Source: Candidatus Nomurabacteria bacterium (GTDB taxonomy: Bacteria > Patescibacteriota > Minisyncoccia > Phycocordibacterales > UBA9973). Taken from it: a stretch of 39,005 bases of DNA. The DNA is taken from assembly GCA_009695015.1 (NCBI GenBank), contig SIBT01000001.1, positions 1 through 39,005 on the forward strand, given 5' to 3'. Both the position numbers and the translations under genes were made by a program. Shown here piece by piece: positions 8,060 to 18,900 of this stretch (position 1 is the stretch's first letter; every line of letters begins with the position of its first letter). The notes beneath the pieces were generated by a model. That model did no database searches and had not been told where the DNA came from. It worked only from the letters and a program-made list of their open reading frames with translations.

Positions 8060-9532
8060 CTAATCCTTTCGTAAAAACAAAGGCTTCTCTGGAGCTCTGT
8101 TTTCTTTGATTAATTTTTTTATCTCTAATGAAGTTTCAGGTAAAATAGAAATCAACATTCGTCTTATAGAATTTAGCTTAATCACCAAATCAGTTATAAT
8201 TTTTCTCCCAGCTTCTTTATCTTTTTTTATAAGTTTAAACGGCTCTGTTTCTTGAATAATCTGGTCTAATTGTCCAATTTGTAGCCAGATGTAATCACAA
8301 GCTTTTTTTATTTCAAAATTATTAAGAAATTCAAAATAAGTTTCCATATTTTCCCGTTCTGGAATAGTAACTGGTACACTTAAATTATCTTGTGACATTT
8401 TCATAATCCTACTCACTAAATTCCCCAACCCATTCGCCAAATTTGCATTATACGCCTCTTTAAAACGCTCCATCGTAAACGGACTATCTTCAAATGAAGA
8501 AATTTCTCGCAGAAGAAAATAACGTAGAGCATCTGTGCCATACTGAGATACAATATCATTCGGATTTACTACATTCCCGAGAGATTTAGACATTTTTATT
8601 CCACCCTCGCGTGTTATAAAACCATGGTAGATGATTTTATTAGTCGTCGGCATACCAGCAGACATGAGCATGCCTTGCCACATGACTGATTGAAATTTAA
8701 CCATATCTTTACCAGCGATTTGGACCGTGTCTCCCTCTTGCCAAAATTTTTCAAAAAGATTTTCGCCATCTCCCTTCGGGAGATGGCTGGGTTGAGGGTT
8801 CGGCCACCCTAAAGTCGAAATATAATTTATAAAAGCACCGAACCAAACATACATAACCTGTGTATCATCCCCTGGTATTGGCACCCCCCAAGAAAAACGT
8901 TTTTTGTCGCGAGAAATTGAAAAATCTTCCATGCCATCTTTCACAAAATCAATAGCTTCTTTTCTTCTCCACTCTGGAAATATAACCTCTTCATCTGAGA
9001 GATATTCTAAAAGCTGTTTTTTATAGTTACTCAATCTAAAAAAATAATTTTCTTCCTCAACCATCTCAGGTTTCAAAGTTGGATGAAGAGAACACAACCC
9101 CTCTATCAAATCCTTCTCTGTAATGAATCTCTCACATCCAACACAATAAAATCCTCTATATATCTTTTTGTAGATATCCCCTTTTTTATCACACAAAATC
9201 CAAAATTCCTGACACGCCCTCACGTGTTCCTTACTTGTTGTCCTAATAAAATTATTATACGAAAGGTTTAGTGTGTTCTTAAGCTCCAAAAACTTTTGCG
9301 CATAATAATCCACATATTCTATTATATTTTTACCTTCCCTCTCACTCGCTTCCAAAATCTTTTGACCATATTCATCCGTGCCAGTGCTAAAAAAAACATC
9401 TTTGCCTATCAGACGCTGGTACCGCGCAATCGCATCTGCTTGCACTAATTCTAATGCAAAACCAATATGAGGATCCGCATTTATGTAAGGAATCGTAGTT
9501 GTAATGTAAAAAGACTTTTTTTCTTTACTCAT
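8060..9532 (-). CDS. metG: Methionyl-tRNA synthetase (short form, no C-terminal tRNA-binding domain)
   Basis: TTIPYINADPHIGF (HIGH region), GTDEYGQKI, Cys knuckle CVGCERF...C, KMSKSLGNVV. Confidence 0.93.
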   Translation of the reverse strand: MSKEKKSFYITTTIPYINADPHIGFALELVQADAIARYQRLIGKDVFFSTGTDEYGQKILEASEREGKNIIEYVDYYAQKFLELKNTLNLSYNNFIRTTSKEHVRACQEFWILCDKKGDIYKKIYRGFYCVGCERFITEKDLIEGLCSLHPTLKPEMVEEENYFFRLSNYKKQLLEYLSDEEVIFPEWRRKEAIDFVKDGMEDFSISRDKKRFSWGVPIPGDDTQVMYVWFGAFINYISTLGWPNPQPSHLPKGDGENLFEKFWQEGDTVQIAGKDMVKFQSVMWQGMLMSAGMPTTNKIIYHGFITREGGIKMSKSLGNVVNPNDIVSQYGTDALRYFLLREISSFEDSPFTMERFKEAYNANLANGLGNLVSRIMKMSQDNLSVPVTIPERENMETYFEFLNNFEIKKACDYIWLQIGQLDQIIQETEPFKLIKKDKEAGRKIITDLVIKLNSIRRMLISILPETSLEIKKLIKENRAPEKPLFLRKD

Positions 9533-9545
9533 TATTATTTATCAA

Positions 9546-10619
9546 TTACTTATTACCAATTCGGGTTAAGGTTTTATTTTTTTCAAAATCGCTCAAACAT
9601 TCCATTACAACAACAGCTATCGGAATAGAAAGAATTGACCCCCAAACTCCACCCAACTCAAAACCAATCAAGACAGAAAGAATTATGACAATCGGTGAAA
9701 GACCCACGATACTTTTTATAAGAAGAGGGGTAAATAGAAAAACTTCAAATTGATGAATTATAAGGTAAGCTCCAGCAACCATTAGTGAATCAGATAATCC
9801 TCCAGAAAGATAAGAAACGGAAACAGCTGGAATAAGAGCAATCAAAGTGCCATAAGGAATAAGTCCCATTATTCCGGCAAGGATAGCAAAAAGAAGCGCA
9901 TATTGAATTCCTATAAGAGAAAGCACGAGATAAACTAAAACAGAATCAATAAGACCCAGAACAAGCTGTCCTTTGATCCAAAGAGCAATTTTACGACTCG
10001 AACGTTCCCATAAATTTATTATATAATTTTCGTACTGAATAGGTAAAATAATCCTTAAGAAATTTTCTATTCCTCTTTCTTGAACTGAAAGATAAAAAGA
10101 AATAATTATGATCAATACCACATTAAAAATGCTTCCGAAAGCAATAGAGAGAGTTTGAAAAAATCCTCCGGAAAGATTTAAAATAAAAGCCTTGGACACG
10201 GAGAAAAGTTCGGGAAGTGAAAAATCGCCCGAAAGAGAAGCGACGATATCTTTTGCTCCAGAAAATGCTTCATTTTGGAAATAATTAAAAAAGGAAATAT
10301 TTGGAATATAAGTCGAAATAAAAGTGGAAAAATTATAAATTTCAGTTATTAAAAGCGGAGCAAAAAGATAAAATAATCCAGCTAGAGTGAGGAGAGATAC
10401 ACTATATAAAATTACAGAACCAAAAACCCTATTAATTCCTATTTTTTTAAAGTAAGGAATAGATGATTCCACAAAAGTGGCTATCACAATTGAAGACACG
10501 ACCACTAAAATTAAATCCCGTAAAAACCAAAACAAAAAGACGCAAAGAATAACGAGAACTGCTCGAACCATCGTGCCAGTTGTTATCGAAATAGAAGTAA
10601 AAGGGTTACTTTCAGACAT
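9546..10619 (-). CDS. AI-2E family (PerM/UPF0118) membrane transporter
   Basis: Polytopic membrane protein of about 357 aa with the typical AI-2E layout. First ATG at 10619; the track start at 10652 is a TTG. Confidence 0.75.
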   Translation of the reverse strand: MSESNPFTSISITTGTMVRAVLVILCVFLFWFLRDLILVVVSSIVIATFVESSIPYFKKIGINRVFGSVILYSVSLLTLAGLFYLFAPLLITEIYNFSTFISTYIPNISFFNYFQNEAFSGAKDIVASLSGDFSLPELFSVSKAFILNLSGGFFQTLSIAFGSIFNVVLIIIISFYLSVQERGIENFLRIILPIQYENYIINLWERSSRKIALWIKGQLVLGLIDSVLVYLVLSLIGIQYALLFAILAGIMGLIPYGTLIALIPAVSVSYLSGGLSDSLMVAGAYLIIHQFEVFLFTPLLIKSIVGLSPIVIILSVLIGFELGGVWGSILSIPIAVVVMECLSDFEKNKTLTRIGNK

Positions 10620-10658
10620 AGAAATATAATAACACAGAAAGATATAAGACAAAAGTAT

Positions 10659-11927
10659 CTAGAATTTGAGTATTTTCAAAAATCTATTCTTGTCCTTAAA
10701 CGGCCCAATAAAGGCTAAGTTAAGTTTCTGATTTGTGAAAATATCTTTTGCTAAAGCTTGAATTTGACTGGCTGTAACCTTACGTATTTCTTTGGCTTTT
10801 TCTTCTACTTCACAAATTTCCCTTTTCAAGAGTTCTTGTCCACCATGAAAATTTGCGATGTCATCACTCGACTCGAGAGATAACTTCATATTTCCGATTA
10901 AACACTCTTTTACTTTATTCAATTCTTCTTCCGAAACTTTAGAATCTTTTAATTTGCGACATTCTTCTAATACTGCTTCTAATACTTCATCGATTCTTTT
11001 ATTATCTACTCCCGCCGAAATCTGAAAAACTCCATGATCAGTATAAGGGTCATTGTACGCACGCACATAATATCCGACACCCATCTCTTCACGAAGTTTC
11101 ACAAAAAGCCTTGAGCTCATTCCCCCGCCGAGCACTCCACCTAAAACAGATAGGATCGCATTTTTCTTGTTGAATAAATCATACGTACGTACACCCAAAA
11201 CGAAATGCGTCTGATCTGTTTTTTTAAAATTAACTAATACTTGTGGATTATCTTGTGTATCTTTTACTTTTGTTTTACTCCCTTTCTTACCACTCGAAAC
11301 CGTGCTGAAAATTTTATTTACTTCTTTTAAAACTTCTGCTTCTGTTATTTGTCCAGCCACTACCAAGACAGTCGCTTCAGGCAGATAATGTTTGTTTTTA
11401 TATTCTACAAAATCATCCCTCTTCATTCTTAAAATATTTTTCTTCTCTCCGGCGATGTTCCACCCTGCCGGCTGATCTCCATAAAGTAATTTCATAAATA
11501 AATCTTGCACATGCCTCTGTGGCATATCTTCATACATATTTATCTCCTCGATGATCACACCTTTTTCTTTTTGCATTTCAGCATCAGGAAAAGTCGAATT
11601 TAAATAAATGTCAGACACAATATCTAGAATTTTTTTGAAATGTCGAGCATCAGACTTGGCATAATATCCTGTGTATTCCTGCGCCGTAAAAGCATTATAT
11701 TGACTACCAAGAGCGTCTAATTCCTTTGAAATATCAACAGCTTTTGGCCGCTTGAAAGTACCCTTGAAACACATATGCTCTAAAAAATGTGAAATTCCAT
11801 TCACTTTTTTTTCTTCATATTTAGACCCGGCTTCCACTAAGACTAAAACCGTAACCGTCGGATTATCTTTCATCGGTATTGTGATAACGCGCAAGCCATT
11901 CTTTAAAACTTTTTTTGTGAATTTCAT
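10659..11927 (-). CDS. M16-family zinc peptidase (pitrilysin/insulinase-like)
   Basis: HFLEHMCFKGT inverted zinc motif HxxEH. 422 aa, two-domain length. Confidence 0.88.
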   Translation of the reverse strand: MKFTKKVLKNGLRVITIPMKDNPTVTVLVLVEAGSKYEEKKVNGISHFLEHMCFKGTFKRPKAVDISKELDALGSQYNAFTAQEYTGYYAKSDARHFKKILDIVSDIYLNSTFPDAEMQKEKGVIIEEINMYEDMPQRHVQDLFMKLLYGDQPAGWNIAGEKKNILRMKRDDFVEYKNKHYLPEATVLVVAGQITEAEVLKEVNKIFSTVSSGKKGSKTKVKDTQDNPQVLVNFKKTDQTHFVLGVRTYDLFNKKNAILSVLGGVLGGGMSSRLFVKLREEMGVGYYVRAYNDPYTDHGVFQISAGVDNKRIDEVLEAVLEECRKLKDSKVSEEELNKVKECLIGNMKLSLESSDDIANFHGGQELLKREICEVEEKAKEIRKVTASQIQALAKDIFTNQKLNLAFIGPFKDKNRFLKILKF

Positions 11928-11934
11928 TTATCTA

Positions 11935-13245
11935 CTAAATCTTTTCTTTTATATAATTTTGTAACTCGGAAACTTTCACCCTCTCCTGTTTGCCTGTATC
12001 TCTATCCCGCACAGTCACTGTGTCGTCTTTCAATGTATCAAAATCAACCACAATACAAAATGGTGTGCCGATTTCATCTTGTTTGCGGTAACGCTTGCCA
12101 ATGTTACCATTGTCGTCCCAAGCGACACGGCCAAATTCTGCTTTGAGAGGTGCATAGACTTTTGTATTAGCATATTCTACAAGTTCTGGTTTGTTTTTAA
12201 GAAGTGGAGACACCGCGCAAATAACTGGGGCAATACTTGGTTTAAATTTTAAATACGAACGGATTTCCCCATCTTTTTCGTCCTCCACATAAACAGAAAG
12301 AAGCAATGCAAGCACGGCTCGATCAACGCCAAAAGTGGGTTCTATGACATGAGGAACTATTTTTTCTTTCTCTTCTTCATCTACATATTCAAGCTTATGA
12401 TTCTTTAAATCAGAATCAGTCCTGTAGGCGAGACCAAAGAGTTCTTTCTTGCCGAAAGGATAATCAAATTCGAAATCAATAGTACGTTTGGAATAGTGTG
12501 CTCTATCAGAAGGAGCTACTTCGAGCTCATGAACTTTTGCCATATCGATCCCCACTTCTTCCATCCAATTTAACATCTCACCTTTCCAATACTCAAAATA
12601 TTTCTCCCAATCCTCACTTCTGATAAAATATTCAATCTCCATCTGTTCAAATTCACGAACACGAAAAATAAAATCTCTAGGTGTAATCTCATTTCTGAAT
12701 GCTTTACCGATCTGCGCCATACCAAAAGGTAGTCGTGGATGAAACGCGTCGACAGTATTTTTGAAATTTACAAACATACCTTGAGCTGTTTCTGGACGCA
12801 AATATGATGTAGCGCTTGAGTCTTCTGAAGCGCCGACTTTGGTCGCAAACATCATGTTGAATTGTTTCAGATCACCTAATTTACCATCACATTCAACACA
12901 TTTTTTCTTATCTTCGATCTGATCCGCGCGAAATCGCCTTTTACATTTTTCACATTCAACCACCGGATCCGCAAACCCTGCCACGTGTCCGGACGCTTGC
13001 CAAACCTCCTGACGCATCAAAATAGCCGCATCAATGCCATACATATCTTTCCTTGAATCTACAAATTTCTTCCACCAATTTTGTTTAATGTTGTTTTTTA
13101 AGGCGACACCAAAATGTCCCCAATCATACGTACCGCCGAGTCCACCGTAAATCTCCGAACCCGGGAAAACAAACCCACGCCGTTTACACAACGAAACAAT
13201 TTTTTCCATCAAATCATTGTCTTTTTTTTTATTTATATCTCTCAT
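11935..13245 (-). CDS. glyQS: Glycyl-tRNA synthetase, alpha2 (GlyQS) type
   Basis: RRGFVFPGSEIYGGLGGTYDWGHFG, LRPETAQG, FRNEITPR, Cys cluster CEKCKRRF...CVEC, anticodon-binding C-terminus. Confidence 0.93.
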   Translation of the reverse strand: MRDINKKKDNDLMEKIVSLCKRRGFVFPGSEIYGGLGGTYDWGHFGVALKNNIKQNWWKKFVDSRKDMYGIDAAILMRQEVWQASGHVAGFADPVVECEKCKRRFRADQIEDKKKCVECDGKLGDLKQFNMMFATKVGASEDSSATSYLRPETAQGMFVNFKNTVDAFHPRLPFGMAQIGKAFRNEITPRDFIFRVREFEQMEIEYFIRSEDWEKYFEYWKGEMLNWMEEVGIDMAKVHELEVAPSDRAHYSKRTIDFEFDYPFGKKELFGLAYRTDSDLKNHKLEYVDEEEKEKIVPHVIEPTFGVDRAVLALLLSVYVEDEKDGEIRSYLKFKPSIAPVICAVSPLLKNKPELVEYANTKVYAPLKAEFGRVAWDDNGNIGKRYRKQDEIGTPFCIVVDFDTLKDDTVTVRDRDTGKQERVKVSELQNYIKEKI

Positions 13246-13247
13246 AA

Positions 13248-15197
13248 TTATTCAACTACTGTACCCCCACCTGTAGGAAATTGCGGATCATTGTCGAGCT
13301 CGGTGCGAAACGATGTTTTGCTCACCCTCACATCCACCTTAGCAAAATCATCGTATCCAGTCAAAATCGCATCGTTTACAATAATCGGCGTAGTGCGAAT
13401 TTGAGAAAGTGAAGGAGTAAATGCAACTTGAAAAGAAACACTGCGGTCAGACCCACTGATACCAGTACCCCTTGAAATTCGACCCACCTTCCAGATTATT
13501 TCTTTATTCGAAGGATTGTAGGTTAAATCTTCATCGGAAGGCGAAACAGTGCCTTTAAATTTCATCCATGAGGGAAGAGAAGAATGAACGACACCCTTGG
13601 AAATATTATTGGCTGTATTAGAAAGAGACCAGACTATTGTATAAGAAGTTTCGTTTCCAACTTTTGGAGGAATAGGACCAGTATTAGTAAAAGGTCCAGA
13701 ATAATAAAGCGCCTTGCTTGTGAACCCAACATCAGAAACAATTCGTACAATTCCAGAGTCAGAATTATTTAAATTCGTAGTTGCATAGCCAGCCACTAAC
13801 TGCTTGCCGGAAATAGAAATGTTTATATTAATAGAAGGGTCCGGAAGTATTCCGTCAGTAGCAGAAAATAAAGAAAGTGAAGAAACAGAAAAATTTACAG
13901 ACCCAGAATCACCCGGATTCACTTCACTAAATCCATTTTGAGAATTTTTGTCCCAAGTTATGGTATCAGTAATAGAATTATAAAAACCCCGGTTGGCATT
14001 TATTGTTTTACGATCAACTGCATTTCCGGAAATTTTAGCTCGGATCTCTAAATCATTTACTTTTGCATCTAAATTATTTATCCACCTAATTTCGCCCTGG
14101 ATTGGAGTCTTTGCATTTGTAGTATATTCTCTCTGGTAGATGCCATTTACAAAAAACTTTGCTTCAATAAAAGGTTTTTTTATTAAAGTAGTATGTGATA
14201 AAGAATTAAAAACTACATCAATCATAGACTTATCACCGCTCGACTGTGAGCCACTTGATATGTGAAAAGTTTTTTCTTCTCCATCAACAACATCAAACAT
14301 TTTACCAGTTATCGAAATATTACGTTCTGCTCCCGGAGGAAAATCACCTAAACTCCAAATATTGTTCCCTAGTGATGGAGCTGGAATAGAAGATCTAAAT
14401 TGAAAACCAACCGGATAATTAAGCTTGAGGAGTATTTTTGAGACTGATTTGGTAGCATTTAGCGTAGCTTTTATATTAAGAGTAATCTCTTGATTTGGAC
14501 TTATTTCAATAGGAGCATCAACAGAAAGATTTAATGGTGTAGAGCTTATGGTTACATCGTAGTTCTTTTCTTTAATAAAAATACCGTTCGATCCTTCTAC
14601 CCGATACTGAAGAGAAATTTTTATAGAACGCACGGACCCCTGCTCACCAAAAAGCACCACTTTTAGATTCTCATTGCGTACAGCTCCAGCAGGAATTGTA
14701 CCTAAAGACTCCCGAAATCTCTCCGTTCCAACTGAACCACCTATTCCCGAATTCAAAGAACTCTTTGGATATTCCATGACAAGATCAACCAAATCGAGCG
14801 CTGAACTATTTTTATTTGTAATTCCGACGATGAGCGAAAGCTCTTCCCCACCAGCAGTGAAATTATTTCCCATAATAGATATATCAATATTATCATTCGA
14901 TACAGTATTACCACCAACAAAGAACACATAAGAACCATACAAGAGCGTCAAAATAAAAAAACCTAAGGAAAAGATGAAGAAATTCTTAAAAATAGAGGTT
15001 CTCATAGAAAATTTTTCTCGATAATGGATAGAATCAATTCCAGCTTTATTTCCATTTTCCCAAACATCTGGTATATCATTTCTACTGAAACGTGTAAATC
15101 TATCTCGGTGTTCTACCTTTGGCTGGTAATTTTTACTAAAAAGTTTACCTTTAAGTTCTTCTATTCTATTGAGCTTATCTCGATCATTTAGTGACAT
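13248..15197 (-). CDS. Hypothetical single-pass membrane protein with a large beta-rich (Ig/CARDB-like repeat) extracytoplasmic region
   Basis: Charged N-terminal region of about 70 aa, TM segment FFIFSLGFFILTLLYGSYVFFVGG, then about 550 aa rich in S/T/N/G with a beta-strand periodicity. No catalytic motif seen. Confidence 0.6.
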   Translation of the reverse strand: MSLNDRDKLNRIEELKGKLFSKNYQPKVEHRDRFTRFSRNDIPDVWENGNKAGIDSIHYREKFSMRTSIFKNFFIFSLGFFILTLLYGSYVFFVGGNTVSNDNIDISIMGNNFTAGGEELSLIVGITNKNSSALDLVDLVMEYPKSSLNSGIGGSVGTERFRESLGTIPAGAVRNENLKVVLFGEQGSVRSIKISLQYRVEGSNGIFIKEKNYDVTISSTPLNLSVDAPIEISPNQEITLNIKATLNATKSVSKILLKLNYPVGFQFRSSIPAPSLGNNIWSLGDFPPGAERNISITGKMFDVVDGEEKTFHISSGSQSSGDKSMIDVVFNSLSHTTLIKKPFIEAKFFVNGIYQREYTTNAKTPIQGEIRWINNLDAKVNDLEIRAKISGNAVDRKTINANRGFYNSITDTITWDKNSQNGFSEVNPGDSGSVNFSVSSLSLFSATDGILPDPSININISISGKQLVAGYATTNLNNSDSGIVRIVSDVGFTSKALYYSGPFTNTGPIPPKVGNETSYTIVWSLSNTANNISKGVVHSSLPSWMKFKGTVSPSDEDLTYNPSNKEIIWKVGRISRGTGISGSDRSVSFQVAFTPSLSQIRTTPIIVNDAILTGYDDFAKVDVRVSKTSFRTELDNDPQFPTGGGTVVE

Positions 15198-15227
15198 TTC
15201 ATGATTATACTACTTTTTTGTATTATT

Positions 15228-15809
15228 TTACAGATGCGTCTCTTTTAGAGCTTTGTTTATTTGACGCAATACATGAGTTTTAGATTCTAAGACTTTGAAT
15301 ATTAAATCTTCCTCAAATGGAGATCTAATAAGATTTTTTAGGACAGCGCTTTCTCCAATATATCCTAAATTGTTTAAGATGCGCAAAACGATGATCATTT
15401 CGATGTTGCGTACATTTTCTTTTGCTTTATTTTTTTCTAAAATAGTTAAAACATCGAGTAGATCGACAAACAAAGCTTCATTTGGTTCGACACCAGCCAG
15501 TAATCGTTTCAACAAACGCGCAATATTTGCAAAAACTTTAAAAGTTTCTGGTTGTCTCGTAATCTGCTCCAACATATTTGTCTTTGAGGCATTCGTCACC
15601 CGAAAAATATTTTTACCTTGAACTAAATCAATTTTTAAATATGAAAAATCTTGCAAGACGTAGCGAAGCTTGGAAGATATTTTGCGCACCCCTTGGGCAG
15701 TAGCGGTGATCATCCCTAAGTCGCGAGTAAAAATGTAGTAATATTTTCCAGCTTCTCCAGAATTGCGACTGCCTAATATTATTCCTTCTGTGTGATAAAT
15801 GTGGTGCAT
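15228..15809 (-). CDS. recO: DNA repair protein RecO (short form)
   Basis: N-terminal OB pattern TEGIILGSRNSGEAGKYYYIFTRDLGMITATAQGVRK. Near glyQS, as in Firmicutes. No Cys4 zinc finger visible. Confidence 0.7.
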   Translation of the reverse strand: MHHIYHTEGIILGSRNSGEAGKYYYIFTRDLGMITATAQGVRKISSKLRYVLQDFSYLKIDLVQGKNIFRVTNASKTNMLEQITRQPETFKVFANIARLLKRLLAGVEPNEALFVDLLDVLTILEKNKAKENVRNIEMIIVLRILNNLGYIGESAVLKNLIRSPFEEDLIFKVLESKTHVLRQINKALKETHL

Positions 15810-15919
15810 TTGTGATTATCTCTATTTTATCACAAAATCTTTCAAGCTTAAAATTATTAGCTGGAGCTAGGGCATAATTTTGTATTCTTTATAAATTTCT
15901 GAAATTTTCTTGCTCATAC

Positions 15920-18900
15920 TCAGATTTTATCAATTTTCACTTTAAATACTAAATCATCGATTTTAATTTCCTCCCCATCATTTTCGATAAATTTAATATC
16001 TCTCCCGCCAATTATTTTCAGAAAACTGTCTTTGAATTTATTTATTAAATTTTCTCCTACTTCATTTATTTTTATCGAAAGCGAAATTGTATCACTCGGG
16101 AGAAGTCTCATTTTCTTTCGCATTTCTTGCAAGGCTCTCACTAATTCTCGAAAATCTCCTTCTTGTTTTAATTCTTCTGTGATATTTGTGTCGAGCTCTA
16201 CTTCGTTTGAAATAGAATTATCAAAAATTATTTTTTTAACATTTAATTCTTCTTCAATTAAATCTAAATACTCACTTGATAACTTTCGACTTTCGATTTT
16301 CGACTTGAGTGAAGCGAGTGGCTGACGAACTTTCACGCCTGCCTTTTGACGAGCTTCTAGGCCCAGAGTCACGATTTTTCTGACTGTTTGCATATTAGTT
16401 AGAACTTTATCGCCTACGCGACTAAACACATCTAGAATTCCCTTGGAAACACTAGGCCATTCTACCAAATGCACACTTTCTGCATCATCTTCATACTTCA
16501 ATTTCAACCAAATATCTTCTGCCGTAAACGGCGCAAAAGGAGCGGTAATTTTTGCTAAAGTTTTTAAAACAAAATACAAAGTTTGCCTCGCATCTTTATC
16601 CCCTCCCTTTATTCGATCGCGTGAACGACGCAAATACCAAGTGGAGAGATCTCCGATAAAATCCCTTACACCTCGTACCGGCTCAAGCAATTTATAATTA
16701 TCCAGATTTTCGGTAGAAAGTTTTACCAATTCATCAAGTCGAGCCAGAATCCATTGATCTAAAATATTTTTAGATTTTGCTGGAATATTTTTCTCTAAAT
16801 TTTTATCTCGATAAAGTTCGTAAAATGCCAGCACATTGTAAAGTAAACCAAAAACTTGACTCGCAAGTAACGCAACTGTCTTTTCGTCAAAATTTTTAGA
16901 TTCGCCTGGTTGGTTGACCGAATACATCCACAGGCGAAGCGTATCAACACCGTATTTTTCCATCATGATCCACGGATCGACGACGTTACCGATTGATTTC
17001 GACATCTTTTTGCCATTAGCGTCGAGCAGATGCCCAAGACAAATTACATTTTTATACGAGAGTCCCCGCCCCATCAAAATGCCAACCGCATGCAAAGTAT
17101 AAAACCATCCACGAGTCTGATCGATTGCTTCACAAATAAAATCAGCTGGATATAAAATTTCTCGAGAATTAAAAGGATAATGATCTTGCGCAAAAGGCAT
17201 CGCGCCAGAATCAAACCAAACATCCATGACTTCTTTTGTGCGTATTAAATCTCCACCACAATGACACCTGAGAGTAATTTTATCAATATATGGTCGGTGT
17301 AAATCAAGCTCGTAATTTTCATTATGAGGAAGAGGAATAAATTCGTGCTCTATATGCAGAGATGCCGTTTTGTTTTTCATTTGTGAGTGGAAAATTTCCA
17401 ATGAGCGTTTTTGATTAGCATTTTCAATTATAGCAGGTATTAATTCCACAGAGAGTCCATGTGAAATAATAAGGATTGTTTCGTCTTGATATTTCTGATC
17501 AATATCATGCAAGAAATCTCCGATCCTATTCTTGCCATCTTGAAAACTTTCTCCTCCTGGAATTTTTTTATCAAATTCCCAAGTTTTGTCTTTCATAAAA
17601 TCCCAATATTCCGCAACTGGACGGTCCGAAAAATCTCCAAATTCTAATTCACGAATTCTATCATCGTAAATAATTTGATCTTTCGGAAAATTATTCTGTT
17701 CAGTAAATATTTCCGCTGTCTCTCGCGTACGCAAAAATGGAGAACAGTAAATTTTGGTAATTTTCTTATTTTTTAGTTCTTGGCAAGTTTTTAAAACCTC
17801 AGCTTTCCCTTTATCTGTCAAATGATTTATCTTTTGATTAGAAGAATAAATATTTTTCGCATTATTTTCTGCCTCACCGTGTCGCATCACAAAATATTTA
17901 TTGCCAGATTTTTTAGTTTTATCTTTCAAATCTGCGATACTTCCTAAAACTTCTACTTTTTTACAAGAAACACACTGCCAGACTGGTAGTGGTGTCCCCC
18001 AATATCGCTCACGAGATATCGCCCAATCTTTAATCTCACGCAACCATTCACCAAAACGTCCATCTCGTATGTGAATAGGTTCCCAATTTATTTCTTTGTT
18101 TTCACTAATTAATTTTTCCTTTATTTTTGGATCTGACATTTTTATATACCAAGAATCTCGCGCATAATAAATGAGCGCAGTATGACAACGCCAGCAATGT
18201 GGATATGAGTGTTTGTAATTTTCCTGTTTGAAAAATAAATTTCTTTTCTTTAGATCTTCAATAATATCCACAGCTAGTGTCGGCTTGCCATTTATATCGA
18301 CTTCTTTGACAAACCTGCCTTCTAAAAACTCAGTACCGTTTACAAATTTACCTTCGAGATTTACTAAGTGATGCTTTGGTAAACCAACCTTGGTACCAAG
18401 CTCGAAGTCATCTTGCCCATACATCACCGCTGTATGCACTATACCTGTGCCGTCTGTTGTATTTACAAAATCCGCTTCGTAAATTTTATATGCTTTATTT
18501 AATTTTTCTTTTTCTCCATCAGAAACTAAATTTGTAATGAATAGATATAATGGCTCGTATTCCATACCCACCATATCCTTACCTTTATGTTCAGCTATTA
18601 TTTCATAAGGTTCAGAAATTATAGAAAGTCGTTCTTTGGCAAGGACAAAAATTTCTTCTCCTATTTTTATCTCCACATAATCTATATCTTTGCCGACTGC
18701 GAGGGCGACATTCCCCGGCAATGTCCAAGGAGTAGTGGTCCACGCGAGAAAATACGCTTTCAAAAATCCAACTATAGGGAATTTCACATATACCGACAAA
18801 TCTTTCACATCTTCATACCCCTGCGCAAGCTCATGACTGGAAAGAGTCGTACCGCACCTCGGACACCATGGCACAACTTTATAATCCTTGTAAAGCAAAT

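Noticed and set aside
15810-15835. 7-bp inverted repeat TTGTGAT-N12-ATCACAA immediately upstream of the recO ATG, which looks like a CRP/FNR-type operator (TGTGA...TCACA)
   Set aside because: The spacing between the TGTGA and TCACA cores is 16 nt rather than 6. It is AT-rich and short enough to arise by chance. No regulator context supports it.
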